Assembly: GCA_965223325.1 (NCBI GenBank)
Contig: CBDCWI010000001.1
Coordinates: 800,001-864,000, forward strand
Direction: 5' to 3'
From: Candidatus Multivoradales bacterium
GTDB taxonomy: Bacteria > Acidobacteriota > Thermoanaerobaculia > Multivoradales > Multivoraceae
Length of the DNA: 64,000 nt
In this document: positions 10,506 to 21,001 of the stretch, one piece after another
Numbering within the stretch: the first letter of the stretch is position 1
How the letters are laid out: each line of letters opens with the position of its first letter
Notes under the pieces: generated by a model
Database searches by the model: none
What the model was told of the DNA's origin: nothing
Seen by the model: the letters and a program-made list of their open reading frames with translations, nothing else
Translations under genes and position numbers: made by a program

Positions 10506-13178
10506 CTACTCAGCCGTCAGCATCCAGATGTCAGAACTGTTCGATTGCGAAGCGGTGACGATGCTCTGACCATCACGCGATACCGAGAAGCCCTGTAGTC
10601 GATCGGGGCTGAAAGAGAGCACAAGCTCGTCCGCGCCTTCAGTCGTGCGCTTCCAGAGACTGCGCTGATCCGGCGACCGATAGAGAAAACTCTCGGCGCC
10701 TGGCAACCAGAGCGGGCGATCAGAGCCCGGCAACATAGCGCGTGCCGGTCCGCTCTGAGGTCCGACATAGATGTGGCCGTTGAAGGCGAGAATCTGGTCG
10801 TTGGACGACACATCCCAGACAAAGGGGATCGGACCGTCGCCCGCCGCGCCAGTGAAGGCGGCTCCCCACTCCGCGAGATCACCGACGACTTCGTGCGTCT
10901 GGGTGTCGATGAATTCGCTGACATACACCGATCGATTCACGATCACCTGTGTGCCATCGTGCAACGGCACTGGAGCCTGCGCCCCGCCCTCCGCGTAGTC
11001 GGTCAGCTGCTCGAGGCCCGAACCGTCTGCGCGAACACGAAACGCCTGCCAATCTCCGCGACGGTCGGAGAAGAACACGATGTTTTCATCGTCGATCCAG
11101 CGCGGCGCGCGATCCTTCGCCGGGTCGTCGGTCAGCCGACGGATGCGACCCCGATCGAGGAGATACAGGTCTTCCTGGATGGCGCCTGTGCTGTCGACCA
11201 CGACGCGTTTGCCGTCCGGAGAGATGGCGGGGTTTCTGTAGACGCGGCTGCCGCGCGCGAGTCGCGTGGCCTGCCCAACGGCAGACGTCCTCGGGTCGTA
11301 CGGGTACGACAGAAGCTGCACCTGGCTGACCTCGGCGACGAACGCGATGCGATCGCCTGCCGACGTCAGCGAGGCGTTGTACGAGTTGAAAGACGGCGTC
11401 GGTACCAACTCGACCGGCCCCGCCGCGCCACCGTCTTCACCGATCGCAACGCGATGAAGCGCCATGGAACCAAAGCGATCGCTGGCGAAGAAGAGGTGGC
11501 GACTGTCCGGTGCCCAGACGGGACTCCAATCGAGGGCGCTGTCCTCGGTGACCTGTACAGGCTCGCCACCACCAACCGGAATTGTCCACAGGTCGCGCTG
11601 CCCACCGCGATGAATCCCCCAGAACGCGATGCGTCGACCGTCTGGTGACCAGACTGGCTGTACCGCGTCGCGAGCCGGCAAATGGCGGCTCTCCCCCGAA
11701 GGCACATCCACGACAAAGAGCCGACTGTCGAACCCCCGGGCGCCTGGATCGACCACCCGCTCGTCGCAGACCACCAGGGACTTGCCATCTGGGGACCAGG
11801 AAGGGTGAAAACCGAAGTCGGTCAAACGACGAACGTCCTCTCCGGTTGCTCCCATGATGAAGATCCCGCCTCCCAGGCGTTCCGAGCGAAAGGCGATGCG
11901 CTCACCGTCGGGCGAGAAGGCGGGATGCAGGTCATCGGTGCTCGAACCCTCGGTCAGGTTGATTGGCACACCTCCGCTCGCTCGCTGGAGGTAGATGTCC
12001 CAGACGCCCTCCGAGTCGCCCTGATACACCACCAGCTTGCCGTCAAAGGAGAGACTGGGAAAGCGCTCATTGCCGACATCCTCGGTCAGTTGGGTGAACC
12101 GAACCGACCGCAAGTCGAGGAACGGATCTTCCGGGTCTTTGGGTGGCAAGACACCGCTCGCCACCAACAACACGGCGAGCACAGAAGCGGCGAGCATCCC
12201 CAGAAGGACCTGCTGCCATCGGATATCAGACCTCCCCGATGTCTCCTGCCGCGCCGCCGGATCGCGCTTCGGACGTCGCGAACCTCCCGACACCGACGAC
12301 GAGGAGTGCAAGTCTGAACCCAGCCGGTCGAGAGCTGACTTGAAGTCGGCCGCAGACTGAAACCGCAGCTCGCGGTCCTTCTCGAGCGCCCGGCCGACGA
12401 TCCAGTCGGTCTCGTGGTTGAGCGACAGGCGTTCAGCGAGCGGCGGGGGCGAATGGTTGAGCACCGCATCGTAGGTCGAACCAATCGCATCACGACGAAA
12501 CGGCGAGCTACCGCCCAACATCTCGTACAGCACCGCGCCGAGACTGAAAAGATCGGAGCGACCGTCGACCTCCTCGCCGCGTGCCTGTTCCGGCGACATG
12601 TAGGCGGCAGTACCTACCACCGCACCGTGTCGAGTCAGGGTAGCCGTCTGGGCGTCAGAATCCCCCGAGGCCTGCTCCTGCTCGAGCTTCGCCAACCCGA
12701 AATCGACGACCTTCACCCCGCCGTCGGAACGCAGCATGATGTTGCCCGGTTTGATGTCGCGATGCAGAATGCCGGCGGCATGTGCGGCGCCCAGGGCGGC
12801 AGCGACCTGGCCCGCAATGGCGACGGCAGTTTTCGACGGAATGCGCCCCGACTCGAGGCGCTCTTGCAGGCTCTCCCCGTCCACGAGCTCGGTGGCCATG
12901 AAAGGACGACCCTGCCAGGTTCCGATCTCGAAGATGGTCAGGATGTTCGGATGGTTGAGTGCTGAAGCAGCCCGAGCCTCGCGAGCGAAGCGGGCGACCG
13001 CCTGCTCCATCCCGCCATACTGAGGCGCGATCAGCTTGATCGCCACGTCACGATCAAGCCGTGTATCGCGCGCCAGGAAGACCTGCCCCATGCCGCCTTC
13101 TCCGAGCTGGCGAACGACCTCGAAGTGCTCGATTCGGACACCCGCCATGGACTGTGGAGGTGATTCCGGGTCGGCCAT
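10506..13178 (-). CDS. Membrane Ser/Thr protein kinase with TolB-like/PD40 beta-propeller C-terminus
   Basis: LGEGGMGQV, VAIK, HRDIKPGN, DFGLAK, YMSPEQ; one TM helix; repeated PxWSPDG motifs. Confidence 0.93.
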   Translation of the reverse strand: MADPESPPQSMAGVRIEHFEVVRQLGEGGMGQVFLARDTRLDRDVAIKLIAPQYGGMEQAVARFAREARAASALNHPNILTIFEIGTWQGRPFMATELVDGESLQERLESGRIPSKTAVAIAGQVAAALGAAHAAGILHRDIKPGNIMLRSDGGVKVVDFGLAKLEQEQASGDSDAQTATLTRHGAVVGTAAYMSPEQARGEEVDGRSDLFSLGAVLYEMLGGSSPFRRDAIGSTYDAVLNHSPPPLAERLSLNHETDWIVGRALEKDRELRFQSAADFKSALDRLGSDLHSSSSVSGGSRRPKRDPAARQETSGRSDIRWQQVLLGMLAASVLAVLLVASGVLPPKDPEDPFLDLRSVRFTQLTEDVGNERFPSLSFDGKLVVYQGDSEGVWDIYLQRASGGVPINLTEGSSTDDLHPAFSPDGERIAFRSERLGGGIFIMGATGEDVRRLTDFGFHPSWSPDGKSLVVCDERVVDPGARGFDSRLFVVDVPSGESRHLPARDAVQPVWSPDGRRIAFWGIHRGGQRDLWTIPVGGGEPVQVTEDSALDWSPVWAPDSRHLFFASDRFGSMALHRVAIGEDGGAAGPVELVPTPSFNSYNASLTSAGDRIAFVAEVSQVQLLSYPYDPRTSAVGQATRLARGSRVYRNPAISPDGKRVVVDSTGAIQEDLYLLDRGRIRRLTDDPAKDRAPRWIDDENIVFFSDRRGDWQAFRVRADGSGLEQLTDYAEGGAQAPVPLHDGTQVIVNRSVYVSEFIDTQTHEVVGDLAEWGAAFTGAAGDGPIPFVWDVSSNDQILAFNGHIYVGPQSGPARAMLPGSDRPLWLPGAESFLYRSPDQRSLWKRTTEGADELVLSFSPDRLQGFSVSRDGQSIVTASQSNSSDIWMLTAE

Positions 13179-13536
13179 GGCAGCAATATTAGTCCAGCCC
13201 CTCAGAAGAACTGCTGAGAAACCATGAAACTGGCGGAATCATCGCACCGCTTCACGAAAACCGGTGAATACCTCTCGATGATAGCGCTCCGATACCCAAT
13301 CAGGCCGTTCCGCCACGCTCCGATACGCTCGGCATCGCGATGATCAGATCAGGACCTGAAACCGTCACCGAGCCGGCGTTCGCCGCCGCCAACGTCCAGG
13401 CGGTCTCCGCGCACTACCCCGAGGCAGTCTGCGAAGCGCTTCTCCACCCGCGAGCGTTGATCTTCGAAGTCGCGCTGGTGCCGTCACCTGTTGGGCGCTC
13501 TTCGTTCCACGCCGCCCCGCCAACGCTGGAACCGAA

Positions 13537-14007
13537 ATGAGTGAGATCCCTCCCAAAGTACGGGCCGTGCTCGAAGCGCACGGTCTTGTGCCGACCGAGT
13601 CCGCCCCGGGCAGCACCCCCACGGCGCAGATGGCCGCCGACCAGCTCGGCGTCGAGGTCGGCCAGATCGCAAAGTCGATTCTGTGGAAGGCCAAGAACGG
13701 GACGTTCTATCTAGTGGTCGCCGCGGGAGATCGCCGGATCGACAACAAGCTGTTCAAGGCGGCGGTCGGCTACAAAGCGCGCATGGCGACCGCCGAAGAG
13801 ACCGAGGGTGTGACGGGGTTCCGCCCGGGCGCGGTGTGCCCCTTCGGGCTCGAAGGCACCGAAGAGCTTACGCTTCTGGTCGACACCAGCCTCGACCGCT
13901 TCGACATCGTCTATCCGGCAGCCGGCACCGACTCGAGCGGTGTTCCCCTGACCGTTCAACAACTGGTCGAAATCACCGGCGCCGAGCGCTGTTCGGTGAC
14001 CCGCTAG
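13537..14007 (+). CDS. YbaK/EbsC (aminoacyl-tRNA deacylase) family protein
   Basis: TAQMAA...QIAKS, GFRPGAVCPFG, VYPAAG motifs. Confidence 0.88.
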   Translation: MSEIPPKVRAVLEAHGLVPTESAPGSTPTAQMAADQLGVEVGQIAKSILWKAKNGTFYLVVAAGDRRIDNKLFKAAVGYKARMATAEETEGVTGFRPGAVCPFGLEGTEELTLLVDTSLDRFDIVYPAAGTDSSGVPLTVQQLVEITGAERCSVTR

Positions 14008-14012
14008 GGGGG

Positions 14013-15503
14013 TCAGTCGACCCCGAGCCTCCGGCTGAGATGCCAGGCTGCATAGAGCGCCACGACGGTCGGCACGACTGCCAGCGCGTGCACCACCAGA
14101 AATCCCTCGCCAATTCCGGCGCGCGCACCTCCTGCGATCGCGACCCCTTCTTCGGCCAGCGCCTGGCGCACCGCGGCTTCGTCGCCGGAACGGCGCGCTG
14201 CCACCTCGATGAGAACCGCGCCGCAAAAGCCGGCGCCGAGACTGGTCGCGAGAGTTCGCGCGAACTGGTGCGCCGAAGTCACGCGACCAAGAACCTCAGG
14301 CGCTGCGAGCTTCTGGACCAGGGTCAAGCAGGCGTTGGTGGCGACACCGATCGCCAGACCCATCGCGAAGAAGGCGAGGAACAAGGTCCACAGCCCGAGC
14401 TGCAGGTGAACCGATGCCGCCGAGAGCGCCACCGCCGGCAGCATGAGGACACCTCCCCAGAAGGCACAGCGCGCCTCGCTGATGCTCTCGTACAGGCGAC
14501 TCGAGATGTTCGCGCCGATAGTCCAGCCGAGTGCCAGGAACAGGACCGACCAGGCGCCGGTCGCCACTGAAGTGCCGCGCCCCCCACGCAGGTAGAGCGG
14601 CAGGTAGGCCTCGACTCCCATTCCCGCGCCCATCAGACCACCAGCAACCAACGCCAGACCGCGAAACGGCGGAGCACCGTAGTGTTCGAAGCGCATCACC
14701 GCACGCGGACCTCTGGTGTGACGCCAGAAGAGGCAGCCGAAGACCACCGCCACCAGCATGACGGCGAGACCGCGCGCGCTGAGCTCGGAGACCGCGTACA
14801 AGAGCGCCGCCACCAGGATCGTCAAGTAGATCGTGCCGAGCAGGTCGAACGACTCTGCCTCCCTCACTTCCTGGTCATCCAGAGGTCGGAGCCGGCTGGG
14901 GAAAGCGCGCCAGGCCACCACCAGCGCCAGGAGCACCAAGGGCAGGTTGATCCAGAACAAAAAGCGCCAATCGAGGAAGGTGAGAATCCAGCCGGCAATC
15001 GCCGGGCCGCCAAACGCGACAACCCCCCAGACCGTGGCCGCCAGGGCGTAGACCCGCGAGCGCAGGGCAACCGGATACACCAGGCCGATCGCAGTGGTAC
15101 TGGCGGTGGTCACCGCACCGCCGGCCGCACCCTGGAGGATGCGCGCTGCGACGAGGAGGGGAACCGTAGGCGCGAGCGCACACAGAACACTGGCGAGTGC
15201 AAAGCCAAGGGCCGAGAGGCGAAACATCGTACGCGTGCCCAGTCCGTCGACTGATGGCCCGGCCACGGCGATGGCAAGACCAGACGACAGGAGGTAGCCC
15301 GTCACCACCCAGGGCAGCGCACGAACTCCCCCGAGGTCGGCACCAATCGGCGGCAAGGCCGCAAAAACCGAGAGCCCTTCGAAAGCCGACAGGGTCGAGG
15401 TCAGGATGATCGCGAAGCTGACCGCGATGTAGGGCGACGAAAAGACACCCTCACTGGCCGGGGGGCTGTTGCCGGCGGTGGCTCGTTGAGGGGTGTCTTC
15501 CAT
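14013..15503 (-). CDS. MFS drug-resistance (DHA2-like) transporter
   Basis: About 14 TM segments; ARILQG, GPAIAG, WRFLFWINLP motifs. Start trimmed from the 681-aa ORF, which overlaps the opposite-strand peptidase. Confidence 0.85.
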   Translation of the reverse strand: MEDTPQRATAGNSPPASEGVFSSPYIAVSFAIILTSTLSAFEGLSVFAALPPIGADLGGVRALPWVVTGYLLSSGLAIAVAGPSVDGLGTRTMFRLSALGFALASVLCALAPTVPLLVAARILQGAAGGAVTTASTTAIGLVYPVALRSRVYALAATVWGVVAFGGPAIAGWILTFLDWRFLFWINLPLVLLALVVAWRAFPSRLRPLDDQEVREAESFDLLGTIYLTILVAALLYAVSELSARGLAVMLVAVVFGCLFWRHTRGPRAVMRFEHYGAPPFRGLALVAGGLMGAGMGVEAYLPLYLRGGRGTSVATGAWSVLFLALGWTIGANISSRLYESISEARCAFWGGVLMLPAVALSAASVHLQLGLWTLFLAFFAMGLAIGVATNACLTLVQKLAAPEVLGRVTSAHQFARTLATSLGAGFCGAVLIEVAARRSGDEAAVRQALAEEGVAIAGGARAGIGEGFLVVHALAVVPTVVALYAAWHLSRRLGVD

Positions 15504-15686
15504 TGAGTCATTGGGGGGGCGCCAAGCGTCCAACGCCCCCCGGGCCCGAATGTGCGGGGGAGCCAGCGCGACCCGACCGCGGTACTGTGACAGACACCAT
15601 CGCACCTTATGGACCCGTTGCGAACCGGACACCAGAGGAACGTCGCTTTCGAAACTGCCCCTGTCTAGCGCAGAAAGGACTCCGTC

Positions 15687-17183
15687 GTGAGACGCACCCC
15701 ACACACTCACCCGCTGAGAATCCTGGCCTTTAGAAAACCAGCCCGCGGGGCAACGCTTTATGACCCACCCGCCGCGTTGGGCGCTCTGTTGATCGCCGCC
15801 ACGGTCGTTTGCGCTGCCTCGGTCACCGCGCAGCGGGTCGAGTACCCGGCCACCGAGTTCACCGAACGCCGCGCCCGCCTGTGCGAAGCACTCCGGGCGG
15901 CATCGGCTGAGCCAGCTGGCGGTGCAGCGCTCCTGTTCTCGGCCACCCTGCCGCGCTACGGCGTTCGATTTCGGCAAGACCACGACTTCTACTACGCCAG
16001 CGGTGTCGAAAGTCGCAACGCCGCACTGCTCATCGACGTCGCAACCTGTGACGCCCACCTCTTTCTGCCGGTTCTCGGCGAGCGCGAGAAGTTCATCGAC
16101 GGCCCCAACTGGCTCGATCGTCCCCAGGAGGGAATCGACCGCGGCTTCGCCACCGTGCAGCCGGTGACATACCTGCCGGAAGCCCTCGCCCGCCGTCGTG
16201 GGCGTGGCGGCCCGCAGGGAGACCTCACCCTGTGGATGCGGCTCTCTGAGCGTGACGAGATCGACCTTTCACGCTCGGAGAAGGGAATCTTTCTTGGGCG
16301 GCGCGAAGGCGGGCCGCTGGGTGGCCTCCCGTCTGAGAGTTCGCAACAGGTCGAGACCCTGCGGGCGCGTTACCCGCAGTACGAGATCCGCGACATCGCA
16401 CCGAAACTCGACACCTTGCGCATGATCAAGACCGCGCGCGAGATCAAAGCACTCAGGCAGGCAGGTCGCGTTTCGGCCAACGGCATCGGGCGGGCAATCG
16501 CGGTCACCAGGCCGGGCCTCTACGAGTACGACCTCGAGGCCGAGGCCAAGCATGTCTTCTTGAAGGGCGGCGCCGAAATGGAGGCCTACCCGGCCATCGT
16601 CGGTTCGGGGCCCAACGGCAACATCTGGCACTGGAACAAGAACGACCGGGTGCTCGAGGCCGGCGACATGATCGTGATGGACTATGGCGGCTCGTTCGGC
16701 TACCAGACGATGGACATCACCCGCACCTGGCCGGTCAGCGGCCGTTTCGACGACATCCAGAAGCGCGCCTACAAAGCGGTGCTCGAAGCCCAGAAGGCCA
16801 TCATCGAGGCGATGGTGCCCGGTGCAACCAGGGCCGAAACGACTGCCATCTGCCGTGAGATCTACGACCGTCACGGCTTCCAGGACAAGCCCGCCCACGG
16901 CGCTGGGCACTTCGTCGGCATGTCTGTACACGATGTCGGCGACCCCGACCTGCCCTTCGCACCTGGCATGGTGATCGCGGTCGAACCGATCATCGAGATC
17001 CCCGAATACAACATCCACGTGCGCATCGAGGACACCGTCCTGATCACCGAAGGTACGCCCGAGAACCTGAGCATCGGCGTACCCAAAGAAGTCGACGAAC
17101 TCCTCGCCCTGGTCGGTTCCGCGAGCCGCCCTCGAGAGGGAGCGGCGAGCGACGCCACAACCGCCGGTCAGCGTGACGTTTGA
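15687..17183 (+). CDS. Xaa-Pro aminopeptidase (M24 family), probably exported
   Basis: FRQDHDFYYASG N-domain; DITRTWP, GHFVGMSVHD, EP, RIEDTV metal-ligand motifs. Confidence 0.9.
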   Translation: MRRTPHTHPLRILAFRKPARGATLYDPPAALGALLIAATVVCAASVTAQRVEYPATEFTERRARLCEALRAASAEPAGGAALLFSATLPRYGVRFRQDHDFYYASGVESRNAALLIDVATCDAHLFLPVLGEREKFIDGPNWLDRPQEGIDRGFATVQPVTYLPEALARRRGRGGPQGDLTLWMRLSERDEIDLSRSEKGIFLGRREGGPLGGLPSESSQQVETLRARYPQYEIRDIAPKLDTLRMIKTAREIKALRQAGRVSANGIGRAIAVTRPGLYEYDLEAEAKHVFLKGGAEMEAYPAIVGSGPNGNIWHWNKNDRVLEAGDMIVMDYGGSFGYQTMDITRTWPVSGRFDDIQKRAYKAVLEAQKAIIEAMVPGATRAETTAICREIYDRHGFQDKPAHGAGHFVGMSVHDVGDPDLPFAPGMVIAVEPIIEIPEYNIHVRIEDTVLITEGTPENLSIGVPKEVDELLALVGSASRPREGAASDATTAGQRDV

Positions 17184-17214
17184 CCCGATTCGACCAAGCC
17201 AACGGAGCTCCGAC

Positions 17215-18552
17215 ATGACACCAAGACCATTCCTTCGCCGGGCCGTGTGCTCTCTCCCACTTCTCGCGTTCTGCATCGGAGGGGCTGTGCTTTCGTCACC
17301 CGCTCAGGCGGCGTCAGAGAATGCAGCACACCAGAGAATCGAGGAGTCCGCCCTGGCAGTCGAAGACCGGGTCATCGCCTGGCGGCGCGACATTCACCAG
17401 AACCCCGAACTCGGCAACCGCGAGTTCCGCACCGCGAAGCTGGTGGCAGACCATCTAAGGGCCCTGGGCCTCGAGGTCACGACTGAGGTCGCTCACACCG
17501 GTGTCGTCGGTGTCCTCCATGGGGGCAAACCGGGACCGACCGTCGCCCTCCGCGCCGACATGGACGCCCTCCCGGTCAGAGAACGGGTCGACCTGCCCTT
17601 CGCCTCCAAGATCGAGAGCGAGTACGCCGGCCAGAAGGTCGGCGTGATGCACGCCTGCGGCCACGACAATCACGTCGCGATTCTGATGGGCGCCGCCGAG
17701 GTTCTAGCCGGGATGCGTGAGGACCTTCCCGGCACCGTCAAGTTCATCTTCCAGCCAGCCGAAGAAGGGCCACCGCCAGGAGAAGAAGGTGGAGCCAAGA
17801 TGATGATCGCCGAAGGTGTCCTCGAGGACCCGGCGCCGGAGGCGATCTTCGGCCTGCACGTCGGCCCGACTCCACCGGGTTTGATCAGCTACCGCCCCGA
17901 GGGGGCCCTGGCAGCTGCCGACGGTCTCCAGATCGTCGTCGAGGGGAGGCAGACCCACGGCTCTTCGCCCTGGCGGGGCGTCGATCCGATCATCGTCTCG
18001 GCGCACATCATGGTCGCCCTCCAGGCCATTCCCAGCCGGCAGCTCGACATCACGCGCGCCCCCGCGGTGGTCACCATCGGCAGAATTCATGGCGGTGTGC
18101 GCGGCAACATCATTCCCGACTCAGTCGAAATGACCGGCACCATTCGTACGTTCGACACCGCCATGCGCGACGACTTCCTCGAACGCATCAAGAGAACCGC
18201 CGAGAGCATTGCCGAAGCTTCGGGTGCCAAGGCTACCGTCACCATCGACCCGTACGCGCCGGTGACCTGGAACGATCCGGCACTCACCAAGCGCATGCTG
18301 CCAACCCTCGAATGGGCGGCGGCTGGCAACGTCTTCGAGTCGCCGCCCATCATGGGTTCTGAGGACTTCGCGTTCTTCCAGGAGAAGATCCCCGGGGTCT
18401 ACTTCTCGCTTGGCGTCAACAAGGAAGGGGTCTCACCGGCTGAAGCCGCGCCAAACCACTCGCCGCTGTTTTACGCCAACGAAGACGCGCTGATCGTCGG
18501 GGTGCGAGCCATGGCTGGCATGGCGTGGGACTTTCTCACGGACGCCAACTGA
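17215..18552 (+). CDS. M20D family amidohydrolase/peptidase, exported
   Basis: IHQNPELG, RADMDALP, MHACGHD, FQPAEEG, SEDF, NHSP; GGAG RBS before ATG 17215. Confidence 0.92.
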   Translation: MTPRPFLRRAVCSLPLLAFCIGGAVLSSPAQAASENAAHQRIEESALAVEDRVIAWRRDIHQNPELGNREFRTAKLVADHLRALGLEVTTEVAHTGVVGVLHGGKPGPTVALRADMDALPVRERVDLPFASKIESEYAGQKVGVMHACGHDNHVAILMGAAEVLAGMREDLPGTVKFIFQPAEEGPPPGEEGGAKMMIAEGVLEDPAPEAIFGLHVGPTPPGLISYRPEGALAAADGLQIVVEGRQTHGSSPWRGVDPIIVSAHIMVALQAIPSRQLDITRAPAVVTIGRIHGGVRGNIIPDSVEMTGTIRTFDTAMRDDFLERIKRTAESIAEASGAKATVTIDPYAPVTWNDPALTKRMLPTLEWAAAGNVFESPPIMGSEDFAFFQEKIPGVYFSLGVNKEGVSPAEAAPNHSPLFYANEDALIVGVRAMAGMAWDFLTDAN

Positions 18553-18572
18553 ACCGCGACCTGAGTCTAGTC

Positions 18573-19295
18573 ATGCGAATCTTGCTGCTACAGGCGCGCA
18601 CCGAGGGTGACCCCACTCGGGTGGAGGAGCGTGAGTCGTTCGCGCGTCACAGTGGAGTGGAAACCGAAGCGATTGAGCCCTGGGATCTCCTCGAGGGCCC
18701 CCCGAGCCTCGCCGACCTCGCGCCCTACGACGCAGTGATGGTTGGCGGCGCGGGTGAGTTCTACGTCTCGAAGGGCGATCTGCCCCATCAAGAACGATTC
18801 TTCGACCTGCTCCTCGAACTCACCGTGACCGGGCCACCGACGTTCGCCTCGTGCTTCGGTTTTCAGTGTCTCGTCGAAGCGGCGGGCGGAGAGATCGTGC
18901 ACGATGCTGAGGGCCTGGAGGTGGGGACCTACCCACTCGAACTCACCGCCGCGGGCCAGGCCGACCCGCTCTTTGGCCATCTGCCGCACACGTTTCTCGC
19001 CCAGATGGGGCGCAAAGATCGAGCAACCCGGCTGCCCGATGGCTGGCAGAATCTTGCCAGTAGTTCTCTCTGTCCCTTCCAGGCGACGCGGGTTCCCGGG
19101 CGACCCTTCTGGGCGTCGCAGTTTCATCCGGAGCTCGATCAGGAGGGAAACCTGGGCCGTTTCAAGCGCTACCTCGACGGCTACGCGGCGGCGATGACCG
19201 AACAAGAGAAGTACAAGGCGTTCGACAATTACCAGCCAACGCCCGAGACCGCCGAGATCCTGACCATCTTCCTCGACCTGGTCCGTCGAGGGTAG
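18573..19295 (+). CDS. Class I glutamine amidotransferase-like protein
   Basis: SCFGFQ nucleophile elbow and QFHPE catalytic motif. Confidence 0.85.
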   Translation: MRILLLQARTEGDPTRVEERESFARHSGVETEAIEPWDLLEGPPSLADLAPYDAVMVGGAGEFYVSKGDLPHQERFFDLLLELTVTGPPTFASCFGFQCLVEAAGGEIVHDAEGLEVGTYPLELTAAGQADPLFGHLPHTFLAQMGRKDRATRLPDGWQNLASSSLCPFQATRVPGRPFWASQFHPELDQEGNLGRFKRYLDGYAAAMTEQEKYKAFDNYQPTPETAEILTIFLDLVRRG

Positions 19296-19567
19296 GTGAG
19301 AGCCGCAAAAGAACTCCTGGGGCGAGCGCCCTGCACCTCTGACCGCAAACTTCGATGATCCGTCGCGCCCCTTGAATCGAGTCGAAACTCACCCCTTCGG
19401 CGGCTGCTGCTGGTAACCTCGACCACAACGATAAAGAGCCGCCTCGATGCGCCGGGTTGCAGCGTGTAGCGAACCAGCTACCGGTGCCGGGTGAGTGCGT
19501 GCCAGTGCTCGGGCCATCTGGGCCGCGAGACTGGCTGAGGGGCTAAAGCCACTTGGAGGACCAAACC

Positions 19568-19930
19568 ATGGGTGAAATTTTCGACAAAGCAAAAGAGAAG
19601 GTCGGCAACGTTGCAGACAAGGTCGGCGATGCCGCCGAAGCAGCGGTCGACAAAGTCGGTGACGTCGCCGAGGCTGCCATCGACAAGGCTGGTGACATCA
19701 CCGAAGCCGGCGTCGACACCGCCAAGAACGTCGCGGGCAAGGTCGGTGACGCCGCCGAAGGCGCCTGGGACAAAGCAACCGACGTGGCCGACGCCGCAGT
19801 CGACAAGGTAGAGAACATCGCCGAAGCCGCAGTCGACAAGGCCGATGACATCAAAGACGCAGCAGCCGACAAAGTGGCAGCCGCCGCTGAGAAGGTCCAG
19901 GACGTCGCCGAGGACGCCAAGGGCGACTAG
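19568..19930 (+). CDS. LEA/CsbD-like 11-mer repeat hydrophilic protein
   Basis: GGAGG RBS; 11-aa periodic repeats (VGDAAEAAVDK); acidic and Ala-rich. Confidence 0.7.
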   Translation: MGEIFDKAKEKVGNVADKVGDAAEAAVDKVGDVAEAAIDKAGDITEAGVDTAKNVAGKVGDAAEGAWDKATDVADAAVDKVENIAEAAVDKADDIKDAAADKVAAAAEKVQDVAEDAKGD

Positions 19931-21001
19931 GTTGCGATGGTCGTGGTTGCGGCCTGCGGGTCGCGCTCCATCGTTTCTTGAGACCTTGGGGTTGGGGTTG
20001 CGATCGTGGCTTCGTCAGAATGGCGTTACCACGACCATCGCAACCGATCACTCTTGCGGGGCAAGCGGTCCGCCCGGCGGGCCGTCTTCCATGGCGGCCG
20101 CCTTGCAGTTGCGGCATAGGACTGCAAAGTTCCGGCGCGCCCCGCGGATTCGTGCCTCCGATGGAACGATGATCGTGAATGTTGCGGCCTGCGGGTCGCG
20201 CTCCATCGTTTCTTGAGACCTTGGGGTTGGGGTTGCGATCGTGGCTTCGTCAGAATGGCGTTACCACGACCATCGCAACCGATCACATTTGCGGGGCAAG
20301 CGGTCCGCCCGGCGGGCCGTCTTCCATGGCGGCCGCCTTGCAGTTGCGGCATAGGACTGCAAAGTTCCGGCGCGCCCCGCGGATTCGTGCCTCCGATGGA
20401 ACGATGATCGTGAATGCTGCGGCCTGCGGGTCGCGCTCCATCATTTCTTGAGACCTTGGGGTTGGGGTTGCGATCGTGGCTTCGTCAGAATGGCGTTACC
20501 ACGACCATCGCAACCGATCACTCTTGCGGGGCAAGCGGTCCGCCCGGCGGGCCGTCTTCCATGGCGGCCGCCTTGCAGTTGCGGCATAGGACTGCAAAGG
20601 GCCGGCGCGCCCCGCGGATTCGTGCCTCCGATGGAACGATGATCGTGAATGCTGCGGCCTGCGGGTCGCGCTCCATCGTTTCTTGAGACCTTGGGGTTGG
20701 GGTTGCGATCGTGGCTTCGTCAGAATGGCGTTACCACGACCATCGCAACCGATCACATTTGCGGGGCAAGCGGTCCGCCCGGCGGGCCGTCTTCCATGGC
20801 GGCCGCCTTGCAGTTGCGGCATAGGACTGCAAAGTTCCGGCGCGCCCCGCGGATTCGTGCCTCCGATGGAACGATGATCGTGAATGCTGCGGCCTGCGGG
20901 TCGCGCTCCATCGTTTCTTGAGACCTTGGGGTTGGGGTTGCGATCGTGGCTTCGTCAGAATGGCGTTACCACGACCATCGCAACCGATCACTTTTGCCGC
21001 G
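19931..21001 (+). repeat. Tandem array A: 235-bp unit, 4 full copies plus first half of unit 5
   Basis: GCGGCCTGCGGGTCGCGCTCCA recurs at 19949, 20184, 20419, 20654 and 20889 (period 235); copies are nearly identical. Confidence 0.97.

Noticed and set aside
19970-20020. Hammerhead ribozyme core in repeat A (minus strand CTGACGA...GAAAC)
   Set aside because: Stems I and II cannot form, and the CUGANGA box is absent in the B variant.
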